Source: an uncultured Gemmatimonadales bacterium | GTDB lineage: Bacteria > Gemmatimonadota > Gemmatimonadetes > Longimicrobiales > Longimicrobiaceae | Length of the DNA: 64,000 nt | NCBI GenBank assembly: GCA_963716255.1 | Contig: OY970303.1 | Span: 4,640,001-4,704,000, forward strand | Reading direction: 5' to 3' | Shown here: piece by piece, positions 31,309-41,310 of the stretch | Layout of the letters: each line of letters begins with the position of its first letter | Position numbering within the stretch: the first letter of the stretch is position 1 | Position numbers and translations under genes: made by a program | The notes under the pieces: model-generated | Database searches by the model: none | The model's input: the letters and a program-made list of their open reading frames with translations, nothing else | What the model was told of the DNA's origin: nothing

Positions 31309-31696
31309 GGCGGCGGTCCGGGAGGGCGGTGGGCTCGACGGTGGGGTGCCCGGCTCAACCTACAGCACGGAATGCGCGTTCGACACGGGTCGGTTCACCC
31401 AGGACGAGCGGCAACCCTGGACAGAGGTGGGGCAGGGCTGTCCCGGGGGAATGTACCTGCCGTGCCCCAGAACCCGTGCGCGCGGCAAGGCTTCAAACCT
31501 CCGGGATCTGCGTAAGTCGCTGATTGGAAACGTTTCCAGGGGATCGTGGGGCCCGATGGCGGGGCTGGTCCCGCGGTTGCCTTCGTCCCCGGCGTCCCGC
31601 CGCGCGTGGCCGTTGCGGCGGGGCGAAACGAAGAGGCGGGGCCCCGTGCCCGTGACCGTCATACATCGCAAGCGTCGAGAACCCAGGACCGCACCC

Positions 31697-32173
31697 ATGA
31701 GCCCGACCCGCACCGGACGCCTCCTGCGCTTCCGCTCGCAGGAGGACCCGTCCGTGGAGCCCGACGAGAGCGTGATCGCCGCGGCCCCCTTCCAGGCCAA
31801 CCTGCGCCTGGGGGCCCTCCTCTGGTCGGTGCCGGGGGCGGGCGGCGGGTCGCCCCAGCGGATCGGCACGGCGACGGCATGCGGCCGGATCCTCGATCCG
31901 GCGTTCACTCCGGACGCGAGCTTCGACTTCCATGTGCGCTTCGACCTGCCCGAGGGGCCCGTCACCGCGACCGGCGGCTGCACCCTCATCAGCAACGACC
32001 TGCCCGTTCGCGGGATCGTGCTCGCGGCCTGTCACCTGCGGGTCGTCGCGGGCCCTCCCGGTTGTTCAGGCGGCGCGGCGGCCAGTTTGAGCATCTTCAA
32101 TCCCGGGCGGCTTCCGGGGTTTTCCACCGGGTCGTACTGGACGTTGCAGCTGTACGACGAGGGCGCGGCATAG
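31697..32173 (+). CDS. Hypothetical beta-rich protein (possibly dirigent/allene-oxide-cyclase-like barrel)
   Basis: AGGA RBS and alternating beta-strand pattern; fold is a guess. Confidence 0.5.
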   Translation: MSPTRTGRLLRFRSQEDPSVEPDESVIAAAPFQANLRLGALLWSVPGAGGGSPQRIGTATACGRILDPAFTPDASFDFHVRFDLPEGPVTATGGCTLISNDLPVRGIVLAACHLRVVAGPPGCSGGAAASLSIFNPGRLPGFSTGSYWTLQLYDEGAA

Positions 32174-32198
32174 GGGAACGGCACGGCTTTACGGCCGG

Positions 32199-32450
32199 GT
32201 CGGGCGTGCCCCCGGCTGGCGCCGGGGTCGGGCTTCGGCTCCGTAGGGCTGCAAACGACGCAGCCCAACGGAGTCGAGCCCCGGCAAACTGCCGCCGGGT
32301 CACGCCCCTTCGGGCCGTAATCCCTCACGCAACTGCCTGCCCGTTCTCAAGATCCAGCAGTTGCCCCCTCTCCCGGAATGGCGCTTCACGCTTCGCGTGA
32401 ACCGGATGAAGGACCCGGGTGGCGAGGCTCAAGCGAGCCGGGTGAGGGCC
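32199..32450. repeat. Composite B-linker-C(+D) repeat, left flank of the nuclease (D at 32379-32410)
   Basis: Direct repeat of 33277-33530. Confidence 0.9.
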
Positions 32451-32516
32451 GGGCAAACGCGAGGGGCCGCCGACAGTGCGTCGGCGGCCCCGAGTCCGTT
32501 CACGGCTCGCCGCGGG

Positions 32517-33122
32517 TCAGATGATGTCGGCGTCGTCGTTGTGGATCTCCACCGGGCCGAAGTTGTAGTTCCGCATCTTGTCGATGGTGGGCGGGTCCGA
32601 GACCAGCCTGGTGGCCTTGTCCACCCGGACGACCTTGGCGCGGATGGTGATGTGCGAGGGGGCGCTGCTGTACGGGGCGAAGTTCCCGAACGTGATGGGA
32701 GACACCACCACCTTGTACCTCACTCCGTACCAGAAGCTGGCCGTGGGGTGGTTGCGGTGGTACAGGTCCGCCGACTCGCAGGCCCGCTTGAGCCTGTCTT
32801 CGTACTTGGCGTGCCGCTTGTTCGCGCTCTGCGTGAGCGGCGTCAGGTTCCTGGAGTCGGTGCCGGATCCGCCCAGGTTGTCGTTCAGGAGGTGCCCGGC
32901 CACCCACTTCCCCGGGTCGCGGACGTGCAGTGGGACCATCAGGCCAGGGATGCTCGTCACGCAGGACTTGCTGCCGTAGTTCACCGACTTGGCCGCGTAC
33001 GGCCCCAGGATCACCGACATCTCCGTCCCGCCGGTGGGGCCCACCAGGCCGTAGACGGGCTTGCTGTGGTACCGGGGCACGACCACGACCGGCGTACGGA
33101 CACGCAAGTTGTATTTTGGCAT
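32517..33122 (-). CDS. DNA/RNA non-specific endonuclease (His-Me finger, Endonuclea_NS_2-like)
   Basis: AGHLLNDNLGGSG...NLTPLTQSAN..H..E. Confidence 0.78.
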   Translation of the reverse strand: MPKYNLRVRTPVVVVPRYHSKPVYGLVGPTGGTEMSVILGPYAAKSVNYGSKSCVTSIPGLMVPLHVRDPGKWVAGHLLNDNLGGSGTDSRNLTPLTQSANKRHAKYEDRLKRACESADLYHRNHPTASFWYGVRYKVVVSPITFGNFAPYSSAPSHITIRAKVVRVDKATRLVSDPPTIDKMRNYNFGPVEIHNDDADII

Positions 33123-33276
33123 GGCTCTGGGTCCGGGAAGCTGCGTATGGCGGGGGAGGCTGTGGATGCCTGCGGGGATCCTGAACTGTAGCTTCGGCGG
33201 GGGCGCGGATCAAGACCACTCTTCGGCGTATGGCGAGCGGGTGCGGGATCCGGCCGGAACGGCTCTGAACGGCGGG

Positions 33277-33530
33277 TTTGGGCGTGCCCCCGGCGGGCGC
33301 CGGGGTCGGGCTTCGGCTCCGTAGGGCTGCAAACAACGCAGCCCAACGGAGTCGAGCCCGCGCAAACAGCCGCGCGGTCTCGCCCCTCCGGGCCGAAATC
33401 CCTCACGCACGTGCCGACGTGGCCGCAGGATCCCCCGCCGTTCCCCCCTCTCCCAGAATGGCGCTTCACGCTTCGCGTGAACCGTATGAAGGACCCGGGT
33501 GGCGAGCCTCGAGCGAGCCGGGTGAGGGCC
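33277..33530. repeat. Composite B-linker-C(+D) repeat, right flank of the nuclease (D at 33459-33490)
   Basis: Direct repeat of 32199-32450; abuts the ggt stop codon. Confidence 0.9.
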
Positions 33531-35381
33531 CTACTGCACCACGCTGCGCACCGCCGTCACCCCCACGGCCGCGCCGCCGCGGCGCGGGTCGGCCACGCCG
33601 GTGAGCACGCCGCCCGGCAGGACGATGATGGTCTGCGTGTCGCCCTGGTAGCCGCCGCGCTCCTCCACGGCGTGGCCCATGGCGCGGAGCGCGTCCGCGG
33701 TCCCGGCGGTGAGGCCGCGGCGCTCGTAGCGCAGCGTGTCGGGGAGGTGCTGGTGGTGGAGGCGGGGGGCCGCGGTCGCGGTGGCGGCGTCCATGTTCCA
33801 GTCCACCACGTTGGACACCATCATCGCCACCGTGGTGATGATGGTGGAGCCGCCGGGGGTGCCCGTCACCAGGCGCACCCTGCCCGCCGGGTCCAGCACG
33901 ATGGTGGGCGTCATCGCCGAAAGCATGCGCTTCCCGGGCTGGACCGCGTTGGCCTCGCCCTGCACCAGCCCGAACTGGTTTGCCGTCCCCGGCTTGGCGG
34001 AAAAGTCGTCCATCTCGTTGTTGAGCAGGAAGCCCGCCCCCGCCACCGTCACCAGGTTGCCGTACAGCGAGTTGATGGTGGTGGTCACCGCCACCGCGTT
34101 GCCCTTGCCGTCCACGATGGAGTAGTGCGTGGTGTGCGTCCCCTCGCCGCGCGCGCCGGCGCCCGCCGGGGCGGCGCCCAGCCCGGGGCGCACCTGCGCG
34201 GACGGAGTGGCGCGCTCGCGCTGGATGGAGCGGCGGCGCTCCGCCGCGTACGCGTCGGACGCCATGCGCGCCGTGGGCTGCGGGACGAAGTCCGGGTCCG
34301 CCAGGTACTCGTTGCGGTCCGCGTAGGCGCGGCGCGTGGCCTCCGCGAACAGGTGCACGTGCTCCGCGGACAGGTAGCCCATGGAGCGCAGGTCGTACCC
34401 CTCCAGGATGTTCAGCATCTCCGCCATGGTCACCCCGCCCGACGAGGTGGGCGGCATGGAAAGCACCTCGTGGCCCCGGTAGGTGAAGCGCACCGGGTCG
34501 CGCCACTTGGCCTCGTAGCGGGCCAGGTCCGCGCGAGTCATCAGCCCGCCGCCGCGCCGCATCTCCTCCTCAACCAGCTCCGCCGTGCGCCCCCGGTAGA
34601 AGCCGTCCCGGCCGTCCCGCGCGATGCGGCGGAAGGTTTCCGCCAGGTCGCGCTGCACGAAGCGGTCGCCCACGCGCGGGACCCGGCCGCCGGGAAGGAA
34701 CACCGCGGCGGTGGCGGGGAAGCGGCGGAAGCGCTCCCCGTACGCGCGCAGCGAGCCGGCCAGGCGCTCGTGCACCACGATCCCCTCCGCCAGGTTCACG
34801 GCCGGCTGCACCAGCTCCGCCCAGGGGAGGCTGCCGAAGCGCCGGTGCGCCTCCCACATCCCCGCCACCGAGCCGGGCACCCCCGCCGCCAGGTGCCCCA
34901 CCAGCGAGCGGTCGGTGAGGTTGCCCTGCGCGTCCAGGAACATGTCGCGCGAGGCCCCCATGGGGGCCGCCTCGCGGAAGTCCAGCGCGGCCGTGGTGCC
35001 GTCCGCCATCCTCACCACCAGGAACCCCCCGCCGCCGATGTTGCCCGCCTCGGGGTTCACCACGGCGAGGGCGAAGTGCGTGGCGACCGCCGCGTCCACC
35101 GCGTTGCCGCCGCGGCGCAGCACCTCGGCGCCCACCTCGCTCGCCACCCGGTCGGTGGTGGACACCATCCCGCCGGTGGCCGTCACCGGGGTGACGGAGC
35201 CCACCGGGAACGCCCACCCCTCCGGGAAGCGCAGACCCGGCGCGGCGGCGGGGGCCGCGGCGCGGGCGGAGGGCACCGCGGGCGGCGCCTCGGGGGCGCA
35301 CCCCGCCGCCAGCAGCGCGGGCGCGAGGAAGCGGAGGGCGAGGGAGCGGACGGGGACGGCACACCGGAGATCCCGCAGCAT
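33531..35381 (-). CDS. ggt: Gamma-glutamyltransferase, lipoprotein
   Basis: GGNAVDAAVA, LDFRE, catalytic HTTHYS, NNEMDDF and GTPGGSTII. Confidence 0.95.
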   Translation of the reverse strand: MLRDLRCAVPVRSLALRFLAPALLAAGCAPEAPPAVPSARAAAPAAAPGLRFPEGWAFPVGSVTPVTATGGMVSTTDRVASEVGAEVLRRGGNAVDAAVATHFALAVVNPEAGNIGGGGFLVVRMADGTTAALDFREAAPMGASRDMFLDAQGNLTDRSLVGHLAAGVPGSVAGMWEAHRRFGSLPWAELVQPAVNLAEGIVVHERLAGSLRAYGERFRRFPATAAVFLPGGRVPRVGDRFVQRDLAETFRRIARDGRDGFYRGRTAELVEEEMRRGGGLMTRADLARYEAKWRDPVRFTYRGHEVLSMPPTSSGGVTMAEMLNILEGYDLRSMGYLSAEHVHLFAEATRRAYADRNEYLADPDFVPQPTARMASDAYAAERRRSIQRERATPSAQVRPGLGAAPAGAGARGEGTHTTHYSIVDGKGNAVAVTTTINSLYGNLVTVAGAGFLLNNEMDDFSAKPGTANQFGLVQGEANAVQPGKRMLSAMTPTIVLDPAGRVRLVTGTPGGSTIITTVAMMVSNVVDWNMDAATATAAPRLHHQHLPDTLRYERRGLTAGTADALRAMGHAVEERGGYQGDTQTIIVLPGGVLTGVADPRRGGAAVGVTAVRSVVQ

Positions 35382-35473
35382 GGCACCTTTTCGCGCAGGA
35401 GTGACAGGGTTACTTTCCCGGCAATCTACCCGTCGCTTCTCCGGGCTGGCAACCGAACCCGAAGCCGCAGTAC

Positions 35474-36397
35474 ATGTCCAGCAGCGCCGCGCACGATCCC
35501 CGCCTCACCGAGCAGCGCAACCCCGCCTCGGCGGAGGTGGACCGCCTTTCCCCGCTGGAGATCGTCGACCTCGTCAACGCCGAGGACCAGAAGGTCGCCC
35601 CCGCCGTGCACCGCGAGCGGGAAAAGATCGCGCGGGCGCTGGAGATCGCGGAGGACGCCTTCCGTACCGGCGGCAGGCTGATCTACGTGGGCGCGGGGAC
35701 CTCGGGGCGGCTGGGGGTGCTGGACGCTTCCGAGATGCCGCCCACCTACGGCACCGACCCCGCCATGGTGCGGGGCGTGATCGCGGGCGGCGAGACGGCG
35801 CTCACCCGCGCGGTGGAGGGGGCGGAGGACCACCCCGAGGACGGCGCCGCCGCGGTGGACGCGCTGGAGGTGGGCCCGGCGGATTTCGTCTTCGGCATCG
35901 CCGCCTCGGGGACCACGCCGTACGTGCACGGTGCCCTGGGGCGGGCGAAGGAGCGGGGGGCGCGCACCGGGTTCCTGCTGTGCACCGACCCGTCGCCGGA
36001 GATGCTGGAGGCGTACGACGTGGTGATCGCGCCGCTCGCCGGCCCCGAGGTGGTCACCGGCTCCACCCGCATGAAGGCCGGCACCGCCACCAAGCTGGTG
36101 CTCAACACCATCACCACCGGGGCCATGATCCGGATGGGGAAGGTGTACGGGAACCTGATGGTGGACCTGCGGGTTACCAACCAGAAGCTGCAGGGGCGCA
36201 GCGAGCGCATCCTCATGGAGACGCTGGACCTGGACCGCGAGGAGGCGCGCGCGCTGCTGGCCCGCGCCGGGGGGAGCGTCAAGACGGCGATGGTGATGCA
36301 CTGGACGGGCGGCGACCGGCGGCAGGCGCAGCGGCGGCTGAAGCGCGTGGGCGGCCGCCTGGGCGACATCCTGCGGGAGGAGGACGCGAATGGCTGA
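35474..36397 (+). CDS. murQ: N-acetylmuramic acid 6-phosphate etherase
   Basis: TEQRNP, GAGTSGRLGVLDASE and GSTRMKAGTA. Confidence 0.95.
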   Translation: MSSSAAHDPRLTEQRNPASAEVDRLSPLEIVDLVNAEDQKVAPAVHREREKIARALEIAEDAFRTGGRLIYVGAGTSGRLGVLDASEMPPTYGTDPAMVRGVIAGGETALTRAVEGAEDHPEDGAAAVDALEVGPADFVFGIAASGTTPYVHGALGRAKERGARTGFLLCTDPSPEMLEAYDVVIAPLAGPEVVTGSTRMKAGTATKLVLNTITTGAMIRMGKVYGNLMVDLRVTNQKLQGRSERILMETLDLDREEARALLARAGGSVKTAMVMHWTGGDRRQAQRRLKRVGGRLGDILREEDANG

Positions 36398-36857
36398 GGA
36401 CGCCCCGCCGCACCCGGCGCACGTCGCCGACTGGGAGGACCTGCTGGTGCGGCTGGAGATCGCCCCGCGTGCGCTGCGCGTCACGCTGGAGGACGCCCCC
36501 GCCGGCGACCCGGAGGTCCGCGCCATCGTGGCCGGCGCGGCGGCGAAGGAGCGCGTCTTCCAGCGCGCGATGGAGGCGATGCAGGCCGGTGGCCCCCTCC
36601 CGGACGCCGCGCCCCAGCCGGCGGAGGAGGGCGGGGGCGACACTCGCTCGCTGGCCGAGGCCTTCACCTCGCTGCGCATGCGCACCTTCGCCATGGCGCA
36701 GCGGCGCGGCGTGGACGTGTGGGCCTGGCAATCGGCGGACGCGGAGGGAGGCACGCTCACCGTGTACCAGCTCTTCACCCGCATGGTGCGGGAGGACGCG
36801 CGCCTGCTGGCGGCGCTCCGCGAGCGGATCCGCGCCCCGGGAGGCGCCGCGTGCTGA
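36390..36857 (+). CDS. Hypothetical helical protein (DinB-like?)
   Basis: Overlaps both murQ and anmK; GGAGG RBS. Confidence 0.65.
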   Translation: MAEDAPPHPAHVADWEDLLVRLEIAPRALRVTLEDAPAGDPEVRAIVAGAAAKERVFQRAMEAMQAGGPLPDAAPQPAEEGGGDTRSLAEAFTSLRMRTFAMAQRRGVDVWAWQSADAEGGTLTVYQLFTRMVREDARLLAALRERIRAPGGAAC

Positions 36858-38011
36858 TCGTGGGGCTGATGTCCGGCACCTCGCTGGACGGGGTGGACGC
36901 GGCGCTGGTGGAGGTCGACGGCGAGGGGGCGGACGACGTCCGCTTCCGGCTCGTCCACTGGCTCACGGCGCCCTTCGACGAGGCCCGCAGGGAGGCCATA
37001 CACGGCGCGATCCTTGCCGGTTCTGCGGAGCGCCTGTGCGGGCTCCACGCCGACCTGGGGGAGTGGCTGGGGGAGGCCGTGGTGCGGGTCTGCGAGGAGG
37101 CCGGCGTCCCCCGGGAGCGGGTGGACGCGGTGGGCTCGCACGGGCAGACGGTGTGGCACCGCCCCCCCGCCGGGGCGCGGCGCGGGGCCACGCTCCAGCT
37201 GGGCGACCCGGCCACCATCGCGGAGCGCACCGGGATCGCCGTCGTGTCCGACTTCCGCACCCGCGACATGGCGGCGGGAGGGCAGGGGGCGCCGCTCGTC
37301 CCCTGGGTGGACCGGCTCCTCTTCTCCCTCCCGGACCGCGCGCGGGCGCTCCAGAACATCGGCGGCATCGGCAACGTCACCTGGGTGCCCCCGCGGGGCT
37401 CTGCGGAAAGCGTCCTGGCCTTCGACACCGGCCCCGGCAACGCGCTGATGGACACGGCGGTGGAGATCGCCACGGGCGGGCGGATGACCTACGACCGCGA
37501 CGGCCGGCTGGGGGCGCAGGGCCAGGTGGACGAGATCCTGCTGGCCGACCTGCTGCGGCACCCGTACTTTGCGGCGGAGCCCCCCAAGTCCACCGGGCGC
37601 GAGGAGTTTGGCCGGCCGTTCGTGGAGCGGCTGGTGTCGGCGACCGCGCCCGAGGGTGACCGCGACTGGCTGGACCTGGTGGCCACCCTGACGGAGCTGA
37701 CGGCGCGCTCCATCGCGGACGCGTACCGCCGCTGGATCGTCCCCCGCGGGGTGGAGCAGGTGGTGCTGACCGGAGGGGGCGCACGCAACCCGACCCTGGT
37801 GAGGAGGATCCGCAGCTTGCTCGATCCCCTGGAAGTCGTCGGCGGCGAGGTGCTCGGGGTGGACCCCGAGTGCAAGGAAGCGGTGGCCTTCGCGGTCCTC
37901 GCCTGGGCGCACCTGCGCGGCATCCCCGCCAACGTCCCCGCCGCCACCGGCGCCGCGGGGCCGCGCGTGCTGGGCTCCCTGACGCCGGGCGCCGCCGCGG
38001 GCGGCGCCTGA
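36851..38011 (+). CDS. anmK: Anhydro-N-acetylmuramic acid kinase
   Basis: GLMSGTSLDG, GSHGQT, GGQGAPLVP, NIGGIGN and PPKSTGRE. Confidence 0.95.
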   Translation: MLIVGLMSGTSLDGVDAALVEVDGEGADDVRFRLVHWLTAPFDEARREAIHGAILAGSAERLCGLHADLGEWLGEAVVRVCEEAGVPRERVDAVGSHGQTVWHRPPAGARRGATLQLGDPATIAERTGIAVVSDFRTRDMAAGGQGAPLVPWVDRLLFSLPDRARALQNIGGIGNVTWVPPRGSAESVLAFDTGPGNALMDTAVEIATGGRMTYDRDGRLGAQGQVDEILLADLLRHPYFAAEPPKSTGREEFGRPFVERLVSATAPEGDRDWLDLVATLTELTARSIADAYRRWIVPRGVEQVVLTGGGARNPTLVRRIRSLLDPLEVVGGEVLGVDPECKEAVAFAVLAWAHLRGIPANVPAATGAAGPRVLGSLTPGAAAGGA

Positions 38012-38031
38012 CCCCGGCCACCGGACTCCCC

Positions 38032-39234
38032 TTGAACCCGCGCACTTCCCTCGCCCGCAGGGCCCTGGCCCTCCTGTCGCTGGCCGCGCTCCCCGCGTGC
38101 TGGCACGGGCAGTCGAGCGCCGTGCCCGCGCCGCAGCGGCTCACGAACGAGGTGCGCAGCATCCTGGCCGAGGAGCGCCCGTCGGCGCGCTTCTACCGCA
38201 ACCGCAGCCGCCTGGAGCGCATGGGCGCGGAGATCGACCCGGTGCTGGTGTCGCTGGTGGACGACGCGGAGGCGGACGGGACGGTGCGCACCAACGCGCT
38301 CCTCCTGCTGGCCGACCGGCGCTCTCCCGCGGCCGTGCCGGTGCTGCGCCGGGTGGTCGTCACCGCGGAGGACGCGGGGCTGCGCTCGGCGGCGGTGCAG
38401 GGGCTGCAGCGCTTCGCGTCCGAGTCGCGGCAGGCGGCCAACGGGATCCGCGCGGCCATCGACGACCCGTCGCGCCAGGTGCGCCTCACCGTGCTGCAGG
38501 CGCTGGACGTGGAGGACGTGGCGCTGATCCGCGCGCTGCTGCGCCGCGAGGAGGACTCGCAGGTGCGCTCGGTGGCGAAGGCGCTGGTGGCGCTGGCCGA
38601 GTCGCGCGGGGCGCCGCTCCCGCCGGAGGGGGACGGTACGTACCGCTCCACCGCGCAGGACGACGAGCCGCAGATCGTCTTCCAGCCGTCCTGGACGGAC
38701 CCGGTGGCGGGGATCGCGGTGGGCGCCCTCTGGGTGCAGCTCCCCGGCGATCACCTGGTGCCGCTGGCGCAGAAGGTGGAGGTGGTGGCCGGGGTGGTGC
38801 CGGCGTTCCTGTCGCCCGACCGCTCGGCGGTTGTGTACGAGGCAGACCGCGAGGTGCGGGTGCGCGACCTGAAAACCGGGGCCACGCGCGTCCTGGGGGC
38901 GGGGCTCGCCCCGCGCCCCATCCCCTTCACGGACCGCCTGGTGTACGTGGAGGAGCGGCTGCGCGCCCGCCGCCGGGTGGAGCAGGGGACGGAGATGACC
39001 TACCAGGTGGTCTCCGCCGGCTTCACCCCCGGCACGCTGGAGCGCCTGGGGACGCTGGTGGCGATCACCCGCGCGGACCGCCACGCCAACGCGTCGCCGG
39101 TGCGCTGGATGGTGGTGGGGGAGACCCCGGAGGGGTTCGTCCTCCGCGGCGAGCGCATCTCCCCGTTCCTCCTCCCCAACCCGTTCGAGGGGCAGCGGCT
39201 CAACCGCCCGCCTCCGCGCCGCAGACCCAACTGA
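38032..39234 (+). CDS. HEAT-repeat lipoprotein
   Basis: Lipobox LPAC and HEAT-like repeats (LRSAAVQGL, VRLTVLQAL). Confidence 0.7.
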   Translation: MNPRTSLARRALALLSLAALPACWHGQSSAVPAPQRLTNEVRSILAEERPSARFYRNRSRLERMGAEIDPVLVSLVDDAEADGTVRTNALLLLADRRSPAAVPVLRRVVVTAEDAGLRSAAVQGLQRFASESRQAANGIRAAIDDPSRQVRLTVLQALDVEDVALIRALLRREEDSQVRSVAKALVALAESRGAPLPPEGDGTYRSTAQDDEPQIVFQPSWTDPVAGIAVGALWVQLPGDHLVPLAQKVEVVAGVVPAFLSPDRSAVVYEADREVRVRDLKTGATRVLGAGLAPRPIPFTDRLVYVEERLRARRRVEQGTEMTYQVVSAGFTPGTLERLGTLVAITRADRHANASPVRWMVVGETPEGFVLRGERISPFLLPNPFEGQRLNRPPPRRRPN

Positions 39235-39254
39235 GACCCCACCCCCAGAGGCAA

Positions 39255-40724
39255 GTGACTGGCTCGTCGAACGTCGCCCGGCTCCTCCTCCCCGCGCTCC
39301 GCTGGAACGCCGACACCGGCTTCGGCCACTGCCGCGACGAGGTGGAGCGGGGGCTCCGCCTGGGCGTGGGCGGCTTCATCCTCTTCGGCGGCGAGGCGGG
39401 TGCGGTGCGCGAGCTCACCGCGGAGCTGCACCGACGCGCGCCGTACCCGCTGCTGGTGGCGAGCGACCTGGAGCGAGGCGCGGGGCAGCAGTTCCGGGGC
39501 GCGACGCCGCTCCCGCCGGCGGCGGCCATCGGCTGGCTGGACGAGCCGGCGACGGCGGAGCGGGCCGGCGAGCTGACGGCACGGGAGGCGCGCGCGCTGG
39601 GGGTGAACTGGATCTACGCGCCGGTGGCGGACGTGGACCTGGAGCCGGAGAACCCCATCATCGGGACGCGCGCCTTCGGGACGGACCCGGAGCGGGTGGC
39701 GGAGCAGGTGGCCGCCTGGGTGCGCGGGTGCGCGCGGGGCGGGGGGCTCTCCTGCGCGAAGCACTTCCCGGGGCACGGGCGCACCGTGGGCGACTCGCAC
39801 ATCGAGCGTCCCTGCGTGTACGTGTCGCGGGCGGAGATGGAGGACGACCTGCGCCCCTTCCGCGCGGCCACGGCGGCGGGGGTGGATTCCATGATGACGG
39901 CGCACGTGTGCTACACGGCGCTGGACCCGGACGGGATCCCGGCCACGCTCTCGCCGCCCATCCTGGACGGCGTCCTGCGCGGGGAGCTGGGCTTCGGGGG
40001 GCTGGTGGTGACGGACGCCATCATCATGGAGGGGCTGGTGGAGGACATGACGGAGGTGCAGGCGGCCGTGCGGGCGGTGGCCGCGGGGTGCGACCTCCTC
40101 CTGTACCCGGACGACGCGGAGGCGGTGGCGGCGGAGGTGCAGGCGGCGCTGGAGGACGGCCGCCTCCCGGCCGCGAGGGTGGAGGAGGCGCTCGGCCGCA
40201 TCTCGGCGGCGGCGGAGCGGGTGGCGGGCGGGCCGGTGGGGGAGTGGGGGCTGGAGGAGGACCGCCGCTGGGCGCTGGCGACGGCGGTCCGCACCCTGCG
40301 CGTGATCCGCGGCACGCCCGGGATCCCGGAAGGTCCCGTGCGCCTGGTGGAAGTGGAGGACGACCTGGGCGGGCCGTACCCTCCCTACCCGCGCGACGCC
40401 TTCCCCGCCGCGCTCCGGGCCGCCGGGGTGGAGCTGGCGGAGGAGGGAACGCCGCTGGTGGCGGTGTACTCGGACATCCGCGCCTGGAAGGGCCGCCCGG
40501 GGATCTCCGATGCCGCGCGGGAGCGGGTGCGCGAGGCCGTGGCCGCCGCCCCCGACGCCACGGTCGTCCTTTTCAGCCACCCGCGCCTGGCCGGCGAGCT
40601 CCCCACCGCCCGCAACCTGCTGGCCGCCTGGGGCGGCGAGGCGCTGATGCAGGAAGCCGTGGTCGCCCGCCTCACCGGCGCGGCCGACATGCTCCCCAGC
40701 CTGGCCGCGGGCCTGGACCGCTGA
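39255..40724 (+). CDS. nagZ: GH3 beta-N-acetylglucosaminidase
   Basis: SDLERG, APVADV, KHFPGHGRTVGDSH and VTDA. Confidence 0.9.
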   Translation: MTGSSNVARLLLPALRWNADTGFGHCRDEVERGLRLGVGGFILFGGEAGAVRELTAELHRRAPYPLLVASDLERGAGQQFRGATPLPPAAAIGWLDEPATAERAGELTAREARALGVNWIYAPVADVDLEPENPIIGTRAFGTDPERVAEQVAAWVRGCARGGGLSCAKHFPGHGRTVGDSHIERPCVYVSRAEMEDDLRPFRAATAAGVDSMMTAHVCYTALDPDGIPATLSPPILDGVLRGELGFGGLVVTDAIIMEGLVEDMTEVQAAVRAVAAGCDLLLYPDDAEAVAAEVQAALEDGRLPAARVEEALGRISAAAERVAGGPVGEWGLEEDRRWALATAVRTLRVIRGTPGIPEGPVRLVEVEDDLGGPYPPYPRDAFPAALRAAGVELAEEGTPLVAVYSDIRAWKGRPGISDAARERVREAVAAAPDATVVLFSHPRLAGELPTARNLLAAWGGEALMQEAVVARLTGAADMLPSLAAGLDR

Positions 40725-41033
40725 TCCCGCCGCGCGCTGCGCGGGCCCCGGTTTGTCTCCATGGTGCTCCTCCCCTTGCGCGACCGGGGAGGAGCACTGC
40801 CTTTTCCGGCACCGGCGTGTACCTCTGCACGGCAATGACAGTGTGCGCTTCGGGTAGCTCCGGGTATGGGGTCGGCCGGGGGAGGCTGCTCCGGCAATGC
40901 GAAACTCGCCCACCGGTGGAGCAGGTCCGTGGGATCACGCTGGCTTCGAACAAACGCACTGCCTGCGCACCCTCCCCCGACCTCCCGGCGCAGATCCCAA
41001 ACGGCAACGGCCGTGTCGTTCGTAGGAGTAGTG

Positions 41034-41215
41034 CTCCCCCTCTCCCGCTTGCGGGGGAGGGGGCCGGGGGGAGGGGGCCTGCCGTCGCGTGAGGGATTAC
41101 GGCCCGAAGGGGCGAGACCCGCGTAGTTTGCGGGGCTCGACTCCGTTGAGCAGCGTTGTTTGCTGCTCTACGGAGCCGAAGCCCGACCCCGGCGCCAGCC
41201 GGGGGCACGCCCGGA
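41034..41215. repeat. REP-like hairpin (41034-41078) plus family B copy (41087-41215)
   Basis: CCCCTCTCCCGCTTGCGGGGGAGGGGGCCGGGGGGAGGGG followed by the B consensus. Confidence 0.85.
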
Positions 41216-41310
41216 TCTGCTGTAAGCCGGAAAGCAGTCTCGTCGTCCCCGGCCCTTTCAGCTCGTGGCAAGCGGAATGCATGGCGGACCCCGGACCCAA
41301 ACGAGAAAGG

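Noticed and set aside
32199..33530. Integron attC cassette or composite transposon
   Set aside because: No RYYYAAC/GTTRRRY cores, no integrase or transposase, and no clear target-site duplication.
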